Assembly (NCBI GenBank): GCA_965217585.1
Contig: OZ244561.1
Span: 2,560,001-2,624,000, forward strand
Direction: 5' to 3'
DNA from: Candidatus Latescibacterota bacterium
GTDB lineage: Bacteria; Latescibacterota; UBA2968; UBA8231
Length of the DNA stretch: 64,000 nt
Below are positions 46,882 to 56,980 of the stretch, piece after piece (within the stretch, counting starts at the first letter, position 1; each line of letters begins with the position of its first letter). The notes below the pieces were generated by a model. It was not told where the DNA came from. It searched no databases and worked only from the letters and a program-made list of their open reading frames with translations. Position numbers and translations under genes: made by a program.

Positions 46882-48362
46882 GGTGGCGAGACTCGCTAAA
46901 TCCCTCCGCCCTGTTCAGCACGTGTCGCCCGTGGGTGGGCATCGCCTTTGCCGCGTTGCTCGCGGGCGCGCGCCCGGTCGGGGCGCAAATGCCGGTGGAG
47001 AGCACCCAGCCACTAGCGGATCTCAGCAGAGCTTTCCGCCAAGCTTATGAACAAGTGCGCCCGGCCGTGGTTTTAATCGCGGCGACGACCCGACCTCGGC
47101 CGAAGCGCGCATTGCCCCCCTTCCACCCGGAAATTCCCGACGAAGACTTTCGCGGCATCGGTTCGGGTACTATCGTCAGCGACGACGGCTACATTCTGAG
47201 CAATTACCACGTCGTCGCCGGTGCCGACTCCATCCAAGTCACTCTCGCTGACCGCCGCACCTATCAGGCCGAGGTCATCGGTTTCGATTCGCTGATTGAC
47301 ATAGCCCTACTCAAAGTCGAGGCACAAGGGCTACCTACTGTGCAGTTCGCCGACTCAGACCGGTTGCAAATCGGCGACTGGGTGCTGGCCATTGGCCATC
47401 CCTTAGGTATGGGGTCAACGCTGACGCACGGCATCGTCAGTGCCCTAGGGCGCCAAGCAGGCATTTTCGTCAACCCCAGAAGCGACGAAGAAAATCGCTA
47501 CGCCATCGAGAGTTTCATCCAGACCAATGCAGTGATTAACCCCGGTAACTCAGGCGGCCCTCTACTCGACCTACAGGGCAGAGTCGTAGGAATCAACACG
47601 GCCATTTCAACGCGCACCGGTTACTACATCGGCTATGGGCTTGCCGTGCCGATCAACTTGGCACGTGAAGTGGTAGATGATCTACTAGTCCATGGACGGA
47701 TCGTACGCGGCCATTTGGGTGTGGCCATGGCCCCAGAAATGACCCAAGAGCTAATCCGCGAGCACGGTCTCGGCATGGAACGGCCGCGGGGCGTCTACCT
47801 CATCCAAGTGCAGCCCAACAGCCCCGCCGAGCGCGGTGGCCTGCTCGTCGGGGACGTCATACTGTCGCTCGATGGTATCGCGGTGAACCACTTCAACCAC
47901 CTGCAGACACTGATCTACGGCCGCGATCCGGGCGAGACGGTCAACCTGCAAATCATGCGCCAGAACCAACTCCACCAAGTCGCCGTGGTGCTCGGCGAGC
48001 GCGAAGACGATCGGCTCCTCTCTGAGGGCCATCAGCGGCTAGCACAACTAGGGTTCTCAGTTGAATCCCTGCCCGCCGACTTGGCCACCGAGTTGGGCTT
48101 TGTCGGCGAGTTGGCGGCTGAACTGGGTTTTACACAAGGACAGGAGCCGGTGGTGGTAGTTGGCGTGGATCCGGACGGGCTGGCAGCGGACAAAGGCATC
48201 CAAGTGCGCGATGTGATTACCGAAGTGGATCAGGAGCGCGTTACCTCACTGGAGCAATTTGTGCGCTTTGTTTCCGAACTGGAAGAGGGACAGTCTGCGT
48301 TGTTTTGGCTTTGGCGGCCCGAGAACGGAATCGATGTCCGGGCGCTGAGGATTCCGGAGTAG
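46878..48362 (+). CDS. HtrA/DegP-family serine protease with two PDZ domains
   Basis: GSGTIV, NYHVV, DIALLKV, INPGNSGGPL. Confidence 0.95.
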   Translation: MRWRDSLNPSALFSTCRPWVGIAFAALLAGARPVGAQMPVESTQPLADLSRAFRQAYEQVRPAVVLIAATTRPRPKRALPPFHPEIPDEDFRGIGSGTIVSDDGYILSNYHVVAGADSIQVTLADRRTYQAEVIGFDSLIDIALLKVEAQGLPTVQFADSDRLQIGDWVLAIGHPLGMGSTLTHGIVSALGRQAGIFVNPRSDEENRYAIESFIQTNAVINPGNSGGPLLDLQGRVVGINTAISTRTGYYIGYGLAVPINLAREVVDDLLVHGRIVRGHLGVAMAPEMTQELIREHGLGMERPRGVYLIQVQPNSPAERGGLLVGDVILSLDGIAVNHFNHLQTLIYGRDPGETVNLQIMRQNQLHQVAVVLGEREDDRLLSEGHQRLAQLGFSVESLPADLATELGFVGELAAELGFTQGQEPVVVVGVDPDGLAADKGIQVRDVITEVDQERVTSLEQFVRFVSELEEGQSALFWLWRPENGIDVRALRIPE

Positions 48363-48366
48363 AAAC

Positions 48367-49506
48367 ATGACCCACGACCTAAAAGGCACCGATGCCCTGC
48401 TGATGATCGGCAGTAGCGAACGCTGCGCCAATCTGTTCTACGCCACTCGCTTTCGTGCCCCCGATCCCTTCGTCTTTCTGTGGACCCCCAGCGAAAAAAT
48501 CATGCTCGCCCACAACCTCGAAATCGACCGTGCGCACGACCAAGCCTGCGTAAACCGGGTATTGCCTTACGCCCAGTACGAGAAGCGGGCCAAGGAAAGA
48601 GGCCAGGAGCGGCCCAACAGCAACGCCGTCTTGTTGGAACTTTTGCGTGACCTCGGCTTAGAGAAACTGCAAGTACCCGCTGATTTTCCCCTTGGTACGG
48701 CCGATTTTCTGCGGGGGGAGGGCATTGAACTCGCCATTGCGGCCGAGCCGCTCTTTCCCCAGCGTAAGATCAAGGACTCCGGAGAGATCGAGGTCATGCG
48801 CCGGGCGATGAGAGCCGCCGAAGCGGGCATGGAAACGGCGATTGAGGGGCTGCGAGCCGCCGATGTGCGCGACGGCGTGCTCTTCCTCAACGGTGCCGTA
48901 CTCACTTCAGAGCGATTGCGGCGCATGGTGCATCAGACGCTAATGGACTGCGACAGCATTGGCGAACACACCATCATCGCCGGCGGCGACCAAGGCTGCG
49001 ACCCACATCAAGTGGGCTTTGGGCCTTTGCGCGCCAGTGAGACCATCATCATCGACATTTTTCCACGCGACGAGGCCAGCGGCTACTACGGAGATCTGAC
49101 GCGGACCGTTTGTAAGGGGCAGGCATCCAAGCCGATGCAGCACCTATACGAAACCGTGCTGGAGGCGCAACAATTGGGCTTAGACCACATCCGCCCGGGT
49201 GCTGAAGGCCACCTTATTCACGAATCAATCCAACGGTTTTTCGGCGATGCCGGCTACGAGACGGGAGAAAAAGATGGCTATATGCAGGGCTACATCCACA
49301 GCACTGGTCATGGGTTAGGTCTGGAGATCCACGAGGAGCCGAGGATCGGCCCGCACGGCGATGTGCTTGAGTCAGGCCATGTCGTGACGATGGAACCGGG
49401 ACTCTACTACCGAGGCTTAGGGGGCGTGCGGATCGAAGATACGGTCGTCGTTTGCCAAGGCGGCTATGAAAACCTATCCAGCCTGCCCAAGGTGCTCGAA
49501 GTGTGA
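48367..49506 (+). CDS. Xaa-Pro aminopeptidase (M24)
   Basis: IIIDIFP, GYYGDLTRT, HSTGHGLGLEIHE, TMEPGLY, GVRIED. Confidence 0.93.
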   Translation: MTHDLKGTDALLMIGSSERCANLFYATRFRAPDPFVFLWTPSEKIMLAHNLEIDRAHDQACVNRVLPYAQYEKRAKERGQERPNSNAVLLELLRDLGLEKLQVPADFPLGTADFLRGEGIELAIAAEPLFPQRKIKDSGEIEVMRRAMRAAEAGMETAIEGLRAADVRDGVLFLNGAVLTSERLRRMVHQTLMDCDSIGEHTIIAGGDQGCDPHQVGFGPLRASETIIIDIFPRDEASGYYGDLTRTVCKGQASKPMQHLYETVLEAQQLGLDHIRPGAEGHLIHESIQRFFGDAGYETGEKDGYMQGYIHSTGHGLGLEIHEEPRIGPHGDVLESGHVVTMEPGLYYRGLGGVRIEDTVVVCQGGYENLSSLPKVLEV

Positions 49507-49571
49507 ACGCGGTCCTTTCGCCAACAGGAGTACTCGTTGACAAGAAAGGGAAATTGAGCAGATTTACTCTT

Positions 49572-50006
49572 ATGCGACGACACAAATTCACCCTCGGCTC
49601 CCTAGTCATTGCCGCTGGCTTGATTTACCTTTTTGCGGCCGGCTTCCAACAGTCGACGGCGACTCACATGACGCTGCAAACCCTGATGAACGGAGCTATC
49701 GACGCGGGCCAGCGCATCCAGCTAGGCGGCAGCACCGTGGTACCTGGTTCGATTGAGTGGGACCGGTATCGCTCGCGTCCCGAATTTGTGATTACCGACG
49801 GGCAACACACGCTGCGGGTGCGCTACATCGGACACGCAGTGCTGCCCGATACCTTCAAAGACGAGGCACTGGTAGTTCTCGAAGGCGAATACCAGCCAGC
49901 CGACCGGATCTTTGACGCTGAGATCGTCTTTGCCAAGTGCCCCTCCAAATACGAGGGGCAAAGCTATGAAGGCCACGTGCAGGCGATGAATAGCCCGAGC
50001 GGCTAG
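49572..50006 (+). CDS. ccmE: Heme chaperone CcmE, Cys (CxxxY) variant
   Basis: LPDTFK, VVLEG, AKCPSKY. Confidence 0.92.
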   Translation: MRRHKFTLGSLVIAAGLIYLFAAGFQQSTATHMTLQTLMNGAIDAGQRIQLGGSTVVPGSIEWDRYRSRPEFVITDGQHTLRVRYIGHAVLPDTFKDEALVVLEGEYQPADRIFDAEIVFAKCPSKYEGQSYEGHVQAMNSPSG

Positions 50007-50039
50007 CCCGCAGCACCTTTTGGCTTTTCCCGACATTTT

Positions 50040-52496
50040 ATGATTGATATCGGCTATTTTGCCTTGTGCCTAGCGCTCCTAGCGTCCGGCTATGGGGTGC
50101 TGGCGTCGGCCCTCGGGGCAAGGCGTGGCCACTTGGGTCTGGTGCGCTCGGGCGAAAACGGGGTCTTGGCGACCTGCGCCCTGCTGACGCTAGCGGTTCT
50201 CGCCCTGTGGCACGCTCTCCTCTCTCACGACTTCCAAGTCGAGTACGTGGCCGAAAACAGCAACCGCGCCATGCCTTTGTTCTATTTAATGACGGCGCTG
50301 TGGGGTGGGCAGAACGGGTCGCTGTTGTTTTGGGGCTGGATCCTATCCATCTACTCAGCGGGCTTAGCGGCACTCTACCGCCAGCGCTATCGCGAATTGA
50401 TGCCCTATGCGCTGGCGACCCTATCCTTGACCAGCTTCTTCTTTTGCATCGTGCATCTGTTTGCCGCCGACCCGTTCCAGCGCCTGCCTTTCACGCCAGA
50501 GGACGGCCGCGGGCTCAACCCGATTCTACAACACCCCGTCATGGCCATTCACCCACCAATGCTTTACTTGGGGATGGTGGGCATGGTCGTACCCTTTGCC
50601 TTTGCCATCGCCGCGCTCTTGACCGGCAAATTGGACGCTACTTGGCTCCGCGCTTCGCGCCGCTGGATGCTCATTCCTTGGACCTTTCTCGGCTTCGGTC
50701 TCCTGCTAGGCGGCAAATGGGCCTATGTCGAACTGGGGTGGGGTGGATATTGGGGTTGGGATCCGGTAGAGAATTCCTCGCTGATGCCTTGGCTGGTCGC
50801 CACCGCGTTTCTGCACTCAATTATGATTCAAGAGCGCAAGGGCATGCTCAAGGTATGGAACGTGGCGCTGGCGATTCTCACCTACGCGCTGTGCATCTTC
50901 GGCACCTTTATGACCCGCAGCGGCATCATCTCCTCGGTTCACGCCTTTGCCCAATCCAATATCGGCCCTTTTTTTGGCACGTTCCTAGTCCTGACGCTGG
51001 TTTTTTCTTTTGGGCTTTTGTGGCTGCGGCGGCCCCTGCTCAAGGCCGAGAACCGCTTGGAATCTTTTGCCTCGCGCGAAACGGCTTTCTTGCTCAACAA
51101 CTGGATTCTCTTGGGGATGCTCTTCGCCGTTTTCTGGGGCACGGTCTTCCCTCTGGTCTCCGAAGCCTTGACCGACGAGCAAATCACGGTCGGCCCCCCC
51201 TTTTTCAACCAAGTCACGATTCCCATCGGCCTAGTGCTCTTGCTATTGACGGGCGCTGGTCCGCTTTTCGCTTGGCGCCGCACTTCAAGCGAAAGCCTGC
51301 GCAAAAACTTCATCCGCCCGGTGACGGCGAGCATACTTTCTTGCGGCGTCTTTTTTGCTCTCGGCGTGCGCGATCCCTATGTCGTGATGTCATTCGGGCT
51401 GTGCGTTTTCGTTCTCGTCGCGCTCACTTCCGAGTTCCACGCTGGCGCGCGGGCGCGGATGCACAGTACGGGCGAGCCTTATCCGGTGGCATTGTATCGC
51501 CTCTGCGCCAAGAGCCGGCGGCGTTACGGCGGGTATTTGACTCACCTCGGGCTGGTATTGCTCTTTGCTGGCTTCACCGGCAAAGCCTTTACCCAAGAAA
51601 CCGAAGTCGTCCTCGACCAGGGGGCTTCGCGTCAAGTCGGCGAATACCGGATGACCTTCGCGTCGCTGGCCTTCGCCGAAAACGCCAACCACAGCACGAC
51701 CGCCGCGGCCTTGGCTCTGCACCGCGGCGATCAATTCCTCGGCACACTGCTGCCGGAGCGACGCTACTACCCGGCTTTTGACCAAGGTACCACTGAAGTC
51801 TCCATTTACTCGACATGGCGCGAAGACTTTTATGTGATTCTGGTGGGATCTGCCGAGGACCAGAGCGCCAAATTCCAAATCTACATCAACCCGCTAATCA
51901 ACTTCGTATGGCTCGGTGCTGTCGTCCTAGTGCTTGGCGCACTGTGGGCGATGTGGCCCACGCCGCGAGACCGGCGGCTAGCCCGGGTCGATCGGGAAAC
52001 CGCAATGGACTCGGCCATCGCACGGAGGCCTCGTGCTTACGTGTCCGTGCTCGCTGCGTTGGCACTGGGCTTCTCGCCGGTAGGGGCGGCAACAACGGCG
52101 GAAATCAAAGGCGTGGCTGAGGAGTTGGTCTGTCTCTGCGGTAATTGTAACCGAGAGTCCCTAGCCACCTGTCTTTGTACCGACTTCGCTGTCCCCGAAC
52201 GAGAGGCGATTGGCTCAGCCCTAGACCAAGGCCAGACTCGGCAGCAGATCGTCGATGACTATGTAGCACGTTTTGGCCTGATGGTCTTAGCCACCCCCCC
52301 GCACGAGGGCTTTAACTTGCTAGCTTGGGTCGCGCCCTTTTTGGTTCTTTTGTTTGGCGTCGCCTTAGTACGCACACTGCTAGTTCGCTGGAAGAACCCA
52401 AGCCAAGCACCTCTACAATCCAAGCCCTTGCCGGCCAACCGCAGCCAAGACGCGGATCGCCTGAGACGAGAGTTGAATCACTACGGCGATGATTAG
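50040..52496 (+). CDS. ccmF: Heme lyase CcmF fused in frame to a CcmH/NrfF-like domain
   Basis: WGGQNGSLLFW, HPPMLY, WGGYWGWDPVEN, SVHAF, NPLINFVWLG; then LVCLCGNC...CLC, IVDDYVARFG..VLATP, LLAWVAP. Confidence 0.92.
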   Translation: MIDIGYFALCLALLASGYGVLASALGARRGHLGLVRSGENGVLATCALLTLAVLALWHALLSHDFQVEYVAENSNRAMPLFYLMTALWGGQNGSLLFWGWILSIYSAGLAALYRQRYRELMPYALATLSLTSFFFCIVHLFAADPFQRLPFTPEDGRGLNPILQHPVMAIHPPMLYLGMVGMVVPFAFAIAALLTGKLDATWLRASRRWMLIPWTFLGFGLLLGGKWAYVELGWGGYWGWDPVENSSLMPWLVATAFLHSIMIQERKGMLKVWNVALAILTYALCIFGTFMTRSGIISSVHAFAQSNIGPFFGTFLVLTLVFSFGLLWLRRPLLKAENRLESFASRETAFLLNNWILLGMLFAVFWGTVFPLVSEALTDEQITVGPPFFNQVTIPIGLVLLLLTGAGPLFAWRRTSSESLRKNFIRPVTASILSCGVFFALGVRDPYVVMSFGLCVFVLVALTSEFHAGARARMHSTGEPYPVALYRLCAKSRRRYGGYLTHLGLVLLFAGFTGKAFTQETEVVLDQGASRQVGEYRMTFASLAFAENANHSTTAAALALHRGDQFLGTLLPERRYYPAFDQGTTEVSIYSTWREDFYVILVGSAEDQSAKFQIYINPLINFVWLGAVVLVLGALWAMWPTPRDRRLARVDRETAMDSAIARRPRAYVSVLAALALGFSPVGAATTAEIKGVAEELVCLCGNCNRESLATCLCTDFAVPEREAIGSALDQGQTRQQIVDDYVARFGLMVLATPPHEGFNLLAWVAPFLVLLFGVALVRTLLVRWKNPSQAPLQSKPLPANRSQDADRLRRELNHYGDD

Positions 52497-52535
52497 TTCG
52501 ACCGAACCGGTGCGGGCAGGCAAGGGCTATGTGTA

Positions 52536-52973
52536 ATGAACGCGATGGGACTCTTACCCATATTATGTTCACTTGTCCTGCTGTTGGGGCTGTTGCTCTA
52601 TCTAGGATATCCCCTCTTAACGAGCGGGCGAGTGGGCGCGGCGAGCGGGCAGACGCGACAACTCTTTGAGCGCAAGGAGCAGCTCTTGGGCGAAATCGTC
52701 GAGCTGGAATTTGACCACGAGCTCGGGAAAGTATCCGCAGAGGATTTTCAACGCCTCTTCGCCGAGTTGGAGGCCGAGACGCTGGCGGTTATAGACGAGT
52801 TGGATCGGCTCAACGGCGCGAGTAGCTATCAACGCGAACGACGCATAGAGGAGGAGGTCGCGGCTCTGCGCCAAAAGACCGCCGTTCCCCGTTGCCGCGG
52901 CTGCGGGACTGTGCGCCGCGAGGGCGATCTGTTCTGTCCTCAATGCGGGGCCTCTTTAGTGGAATATAGCTGA
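52536..52973 (+). CDS. CcmI-like TM/coiled-coil protein with a C-terminal zinc ribbon
   Basis: TM helix; ELEFDHELGKVS.EDF; CRGCG...FCPQCG. Confidence 0.75.
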   Translation: MNAMGLLPILCSLVLLLGLLLYLGYPLLTSGRVGAASGQTRQLFERKEQLLGEIVELEFDHELGKVSAEDFQRLFAELEAETLAVIDELDRLNGASSYQRERRIEEEVAALRQKTAVPRCRGCGTVRREGDLFCPQCGASLVEYS

Positions 52974-52976
52974 GCC

Positions 52977-54050
52977 ATGGTCCTGCGCTTGCTTTGCGCG
53001 GCAATCGTCCTTTGCGCTTCCGATCTGTGGGGCGCGGAGATCAACGGTTATGTACTCAACCCCTTCACCCAAGCGCGAATCCCAAGCATTCCCGTGGCCT
53101 TCTACGTCCGCCAAGACGGACAGATCCTCGAGATGCTACGCAAGGAGACCGACGCCGAGGGGCGCTTCTCTTTTGCCGGCCCCTTTCTGCAGAGCGGACT
53201 CCACTTCGGGCTGGCTGCCTTCTACGATGGCATCCCTTACTTCTCTGCGACCCTTGAGGCCGGCGCGCAACAACAGATCATCCTCGAGGTTTACGAAAAA
53301 ACCGATGATCCCTCCGGCATCCGAATCGGTACCCATCATCTCTTTTTTTCTGTACGCGAGGACGCGATTGAGTGTGTCCAGCTCCTGCAAATTCACAATA
53401 CGCTAGAGCGCACTTATTCAGGTAGCGGCGACGGGCGTGAGCGTCGAGTGACCGAACTTGCCTTGCCAACGGGCATCTTCAACCTCCAAAGCCACTCGGG
53501 TCTGCTCCACCAAGCCGGAGAAGGCAGTTTCTTCGACAACCAGCCTCTGCCTCCAGGCCGCTCGCAGCGGAGTTTTTCTTTTAATCTCGACCCACGGAAC
53601 TTCGCCAGTCCCTATGTGCATCAGGCGATCTATCCTACCGACCGCTTGGAGGTTTTTCTCGACCCTCCTTCCATTGAGATCAAACCACCCTTTATCGACC
53701 TAGGTGTTATCGAGCAGCACGGCCGCCAGTACCGGAAGATTGCCATAGAAAATATACAGCCAAGCCAGCAGGTGGCGATCCCCTTACCCCTCACTCCCTC
53801 GCTGCGTTGGTCGCTCAAGTGGGCCGCGCTGGCGGGCGCATTCCTCGTCGGCGGTGTCGCGCTGGCATTGAGCCGCCAACACTCAAGCTCCGATCACACC
53901 CACGCACTGGAACGGCGACAGCATTTCATTGAGGAACTCGCTCGGATCGACGACGCTTTTGCCGGTCGGCCCGAAGATCCGCATTACATTGACCAGCGGG
54001 CGCGTCTAATGCGCGAAGCTGTTGCCCTGACTCAAGCACTTGAAGTGTGA
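52977..54050 (+). CDS. Secreted Ig/carboxypeptidase-regulatory-like protein with C-terminal TM helix and CcmI-like tail
   Basis: Signal peptide; TDAEGRFSF; TM WAALAGAFLVGGVAL; EELARIDD. Confidence 0.6.
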   Translation: MVLRLLCAAIVLCASDLWGAEINGYVLNPFTQARIPSIPVAFYVRQDGQILEMLRKETDAEGRFSFAGPFLQSGLHFGLAAFYDGIPYFSATLEAGAQQQIILEVYEKTDDPSGIRIGTHHLFFSVREDAIECVQLLQIHNTLERTYSGSGDGRERRVTELALPTGIFNLQSHSGLLHQAGEGSFFDNQPLPPGRSQRSFSFNLDPRNFASPYVHQAIYPTDRLEVFLDPPSIEIKPPFIDLGVIEQHGRQYRKIAIENIQPSQQVAIPLPLTPSLRWSLKWAALAGAFLVGGVALALSRQHSSSDHTHALERRQHFIEELARIDDAFAGRPEDPHYIDQRARLMREAVALTQALEV

Positions 54051-54763
54051 TGGATGGAGACGGCACCATCGTCCTAGCGGGTGCTGCCAAGCGCTTCGGC
54101 ACCCACACAGCCCTGCATCCCACCAATCTGGTCATCCCGCGAGGCCAAGCGGTGCTGCTCGTTGGTGCCAATGGCGCGGGCAAGAGTACTCTGCTGCGGC
54201 TGATGGCCGGCCTCTGCCGACCTTCGGAGGGGAGCGTGAGGATCAACGGTCGCGATCCCCAACGCATTCCCGCAGCACGGGCTGAGATCGGCCTACTCTC
54301 GCATCAGACTTTGCTCTATGACGAACTGACGGCGAGAGAGAACTTGCTCTTCTTCGCCCAGCTCTATGGATTGGACAACCCGGACGAAAGGCTCACTGCG
54401 GCCTTAGAGGCTGTTGGCCTGAACGAGCAGCTCAACCAGCGCGTAGGTTCGTTCTCTCGCGGTATGAAGCAACGTCTGGCTATTGCCCGTGCTATCCTGC
54501 ATTGCCCCTCTATCCTCCTGCTTGACGAGCCGTTTACCGGCCTCGACATCGGTGCCAGCGCTGCATTACACCGCCTCTTGCGCCGCCTTCGGCAAGAGGG
54601 GCGTACCTGCATCTTGGTAACTCATCGCCTCGACGAGGCCGATGGCCTAGTGGATCGCCTGCTGGTGATCGAACGCGGGCAATGGCGCTTGGACCAAACC
54701 CTGACGGATGATCTGGACCAGCTGCGCAAGCTCTGCGCGCCCTATCTCGACGCCGACTCATGA
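54047..54763 (+). CDS. ccmA: Heme exporter ATP-binding protein
   Basis: GANGAGKST, FSRGMKQR, LLLDEPF; located in the ccm cluster. Confidence 0.9.
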   Translation: MMDGDGTIVLAGAAKRFGTHTALHPTNLVIPRGQAVLLVGANGAGKSTLLRLMAGLCRPSEGSVRINGRDPQRIPAARAEIGLLSHQTLLYDELTARENLLFFAQLYGLDNPDERLTAALEAVGLNEQLNQRVGSFSRGMKQRLAIARAILHCPSILLLDEPFTGLDIGASAALHRLLRRLRQEGRTCILVTHRLDEADGLVDRLLVIERGQWRLDQTLTDDLDQLRKLCAPYLDADS

Positions 54764-55437
54764 ACTTTTTAGGACGAGCACTGGCGATACTGCGCAAGGA
54801 CCTGAAGGCCGAGTGGCGTACTAAGGCACGTCTCAGCCCGATGGTCTTCTTTATACTGTTAATGTTGTTGGTATTCAACTTCTCCTTCGATCTAGGCGGG
54901 GCCGCTCTGCGCGAGATTGGGCCTGGTACACTCTGGTCGTCTTATGTCTTCGCCAGCCTGCTGAGTCTGGGCCGCTCTTTTGCTGACGAACGCGAAAACG
55001 ACGCGCTCGACGCGCTACTGTTAGCACCAGGGGACCGCGGTTCCATCTACCTAGGTAAAATGCTGGGCAATTTTGTTTTTCTTCTAGCGATCGAATTGCT
55101 GAGTTTGCCCTTTTTCGCCCTCTTCTTTAATCTGTCCCTGAGCTTCTTCTTGCTCCCCCTGCTGGCCGTCTTCGTCCTAGGATCGGCTTGTATGGCATCG
55201 GTGGGCACGCTCTTTGCGGCACTGTCGAACAACATGCGGTTGCGCGAGCTACTGCTGCCTCTCCTGCTCTTGCCCATGATCTTGCCGGCGCTGATTTCCT
55301 GCGTGGAGGCGACGGGGCTAGTGCTAGCCAATGACTGCTGCGAAAAGCTCTTCCCGCACCTGCAAATGTTGGGGGTATACGCGGTAGTTTTCACGGTGCT
55401 CTCGCTAATGCTCTTTGAATACACAATCGAGGAATGA
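54760..55437 (+). CDS. ccmB: Heme exporter permease
   Basis: KDLKAEWR, F..ERENDALDALLL, IYLGK, RELLLPLLLLP. Confidence 0.92.
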   Translation: MNFLGRALAILRKDLKAEWRTKARLSPMVFFILLMLLVFNFSFDLGGAALREIGPGTLWSSYVFASLLSLGRSFADERENDALDALLLAPGDRGSIYLGKMLGNFVFLLAIELLSLPFFALFFNLSLSFFLLPLLAVFVLGSACMASVGTLFAALSNNMRLRELLLPLLLLPMILPALISCVEATGLVLANDCCEKLFPHLQMLGVYAVVFTVLSLMLFEYTIEE

Positions 55438-56105
55438 TGCGTTCGGTCCCATCCCCCTGTTTGGTTTTCGTGGTCATGCTCGTCGCCTTGGGCGCAGTTT
55501 TTCTGTGGGTACCCACGGAAAAAGAAATGGGAATCGTCCAGCGAATCTTTTATTTTCACGTGCCGGCAGCGTTTTCTTCGTTTCTGGCCTTTTTTTTGGT
55601 ATTCGTCGGCAGTGTACAGTATCTGCGCACCCGTGAGGACAAGTGGGATCGCCTAGCGCTATGCTCCGCCGAATTGGGCGTGATCTTTGCGTTGATCGTG
55701 CTGATCACTGGGCCCTTATGGGCCAAACCGATCTGGGGGGTTTACTGGCGATGGGAGCCGCGCCTGACCTCAATGCTGATTACTTTCACCATCTACGTGG
55801 CCTACCTAATGGTGCGAGGATACGGGGCTCACTCTACCTCAGTACAACGCACCAGTGCTGTACTGGGCATTCTCGCCTTCGCCAATGTTCCATTGGTATA
55901 CTATGCTGTCGATCTGTGGGCCGCCGACCAACAGCTACACCCGCCGCGCAACGTAGAACTCGAGCCGACGATGCAATACACCAAGTGGATCTGCTGCGCA
56001 GCTTTCTTCCTGCTGCTCTTTTGCCTCCTAGCGCAACGCATGGAACTAGCCCGCATCGAAAAAGCCGTGGCACTCCTGCGGCAAAAACTAATTGACGAAA
56101 CATAA
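55434..56105 (+). CDS. ccmC: Heme exporter protein C
   Basis: RIFYFHVP, GPLWAKPIWGVYWRWEPRL, LHP. Confidence 0.93.
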   Translation: MMRSVPSPCLVFVVMLVALGAVFLWVPTEKEMGIVQRIFYFHVPAAFSSFLAFFLVFVGSVQYLRTREDKWDRLALCSAELGVIFALIVLITGPLWAKPIWGVYWRWEPRLTSMLITFTIYVAYLMVRGYGAHSTSVQRTSAVLGILAFANVPLVYYAVDLWAADQQLHPPRNVELEPTMQYTKWICCAAFFLLLFCLLAQRMELARIEKAVALLRQKLIDET

Positions 56106-56111
56106 GAGACT

Positions 56112-56291
56112 ATGGACAATCTCCACTACTTGTTTGCCGCCTTTGCTGCCGTGTGGATCGTGCTTTTTGCCTATTTGGCTCGCTTAAGCCGGCGCACCGG
56201 GGAACTAGGCCGCCAACTCGCAGAACTTGAGCTGAAGCTGAGGAACAAAGAGGGCGATTTGCCGGATGGGCAAGAGACACAAGTTGGTTGA
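56112..56291 (+). CDS. ccmD: CcmD family small membrane protein (59 aa; not in the ORF track)
   Basis: MDNLHYLFAAFAAVWIVLFAYLARLSRR...QLAELE directly after ccmC. Confidence 0.85.
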   Translation: MDNLHYLFAAFAAVWIVLFAYLARLSRRTGELGRQLAELELKLRNKEGDLPDGQETQVG

Positions 56292-56317
56292 CACCTGCTT
56301 TGAGGTCGTATTATATT
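56288..56317 (+). promoter_or_regulatory. Sigma70-type promoter for the DUF151 pair
   Basis: TTGACA-18-TATATT about 45 nt upstream of ATG 56363. Confidence 0.6.
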
Positions 56318-56362
56318 TCACAGGTCAATTGGCAATCGCCTATTAAACCGCAGTGTACCGCT

Positions 56363-56977
56363 ATGGTTCTGATGGAAGTCAAGGGGGTCTTAAGCAGCAA
56401 ATCTCAATCTTTATACCCTGAAGTAGTACTCAAAGAAGTCGAAGGCAACTATTACCTGCGCATTGTCATCGGCCGCTTCGAGGCAGCAGCCATTTCTATG
56501 GCCCACAGCAAGCGACAACCCGCGCGACCCATCAGTTATGACCTAGCCCATCAGATTCTCGCCGACGTCGACGCCCGGGTAGTCCGGGTCGAAATCACTG
56601 ACTTTAACTTACGCGAAAGAACGTACTACGCAGAGATTCACCTCGTCGACGACGAGGGCAAGACTCATACGCTCGACGCACGTCCAAGCGATGCAATTGC
56701 CCTAGCTTTGCGCTTTCGAGCGCCGATCTACGCCGACGTCGAGATCCTCAAAGAAGTGGGCTGCGTTCGCTCTGACGACGAGGAATGGGTTAAGGCTGAC
56801 GTTGAAGCCATCACCAAACCCGTGGCCGCACCGCGGGAAGAGCATCCTACCATCGCCGCACCAGCCATCAATCAGCTAGAACAACTCAAAAGACGCATGC
56901 GCCAAGCCGTTGCCGAAGAAGTTTACGAGGAGGCGGCGCGGCTTCGCGACGAGATTAGTCGTTTCCAACAGGGATGA
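56363..56977 (+). CDS. Bifunctional nuclease (DUF151/BFN) + UVR domain protein, copy 1
   Basis: IGRFEAAAI, RPISYDL, YYAEI, DARPSDAIALALR, AVAEEVYEEAARLRDEI. Confidence 0.9.
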   Translation: MVLMEVKGVLSSKSQSLYPEVVLKEVEGNYYLRIVIGRFEAAAISMAHSKRQPARPISYDLAHQILADVDARVVRVEITDFNLRERTYYAEIHLVDDEGKTHTLDARPSDAIALALRFRAPIYADVEILKEVGCVRSDDEEWVKADVEAITKPVAAPREEHPTIAAPAINQLEQLKRRMRQAVAEEVYEEAARLRDEISRFQQG

Positions 56978-56980
56978 TTA

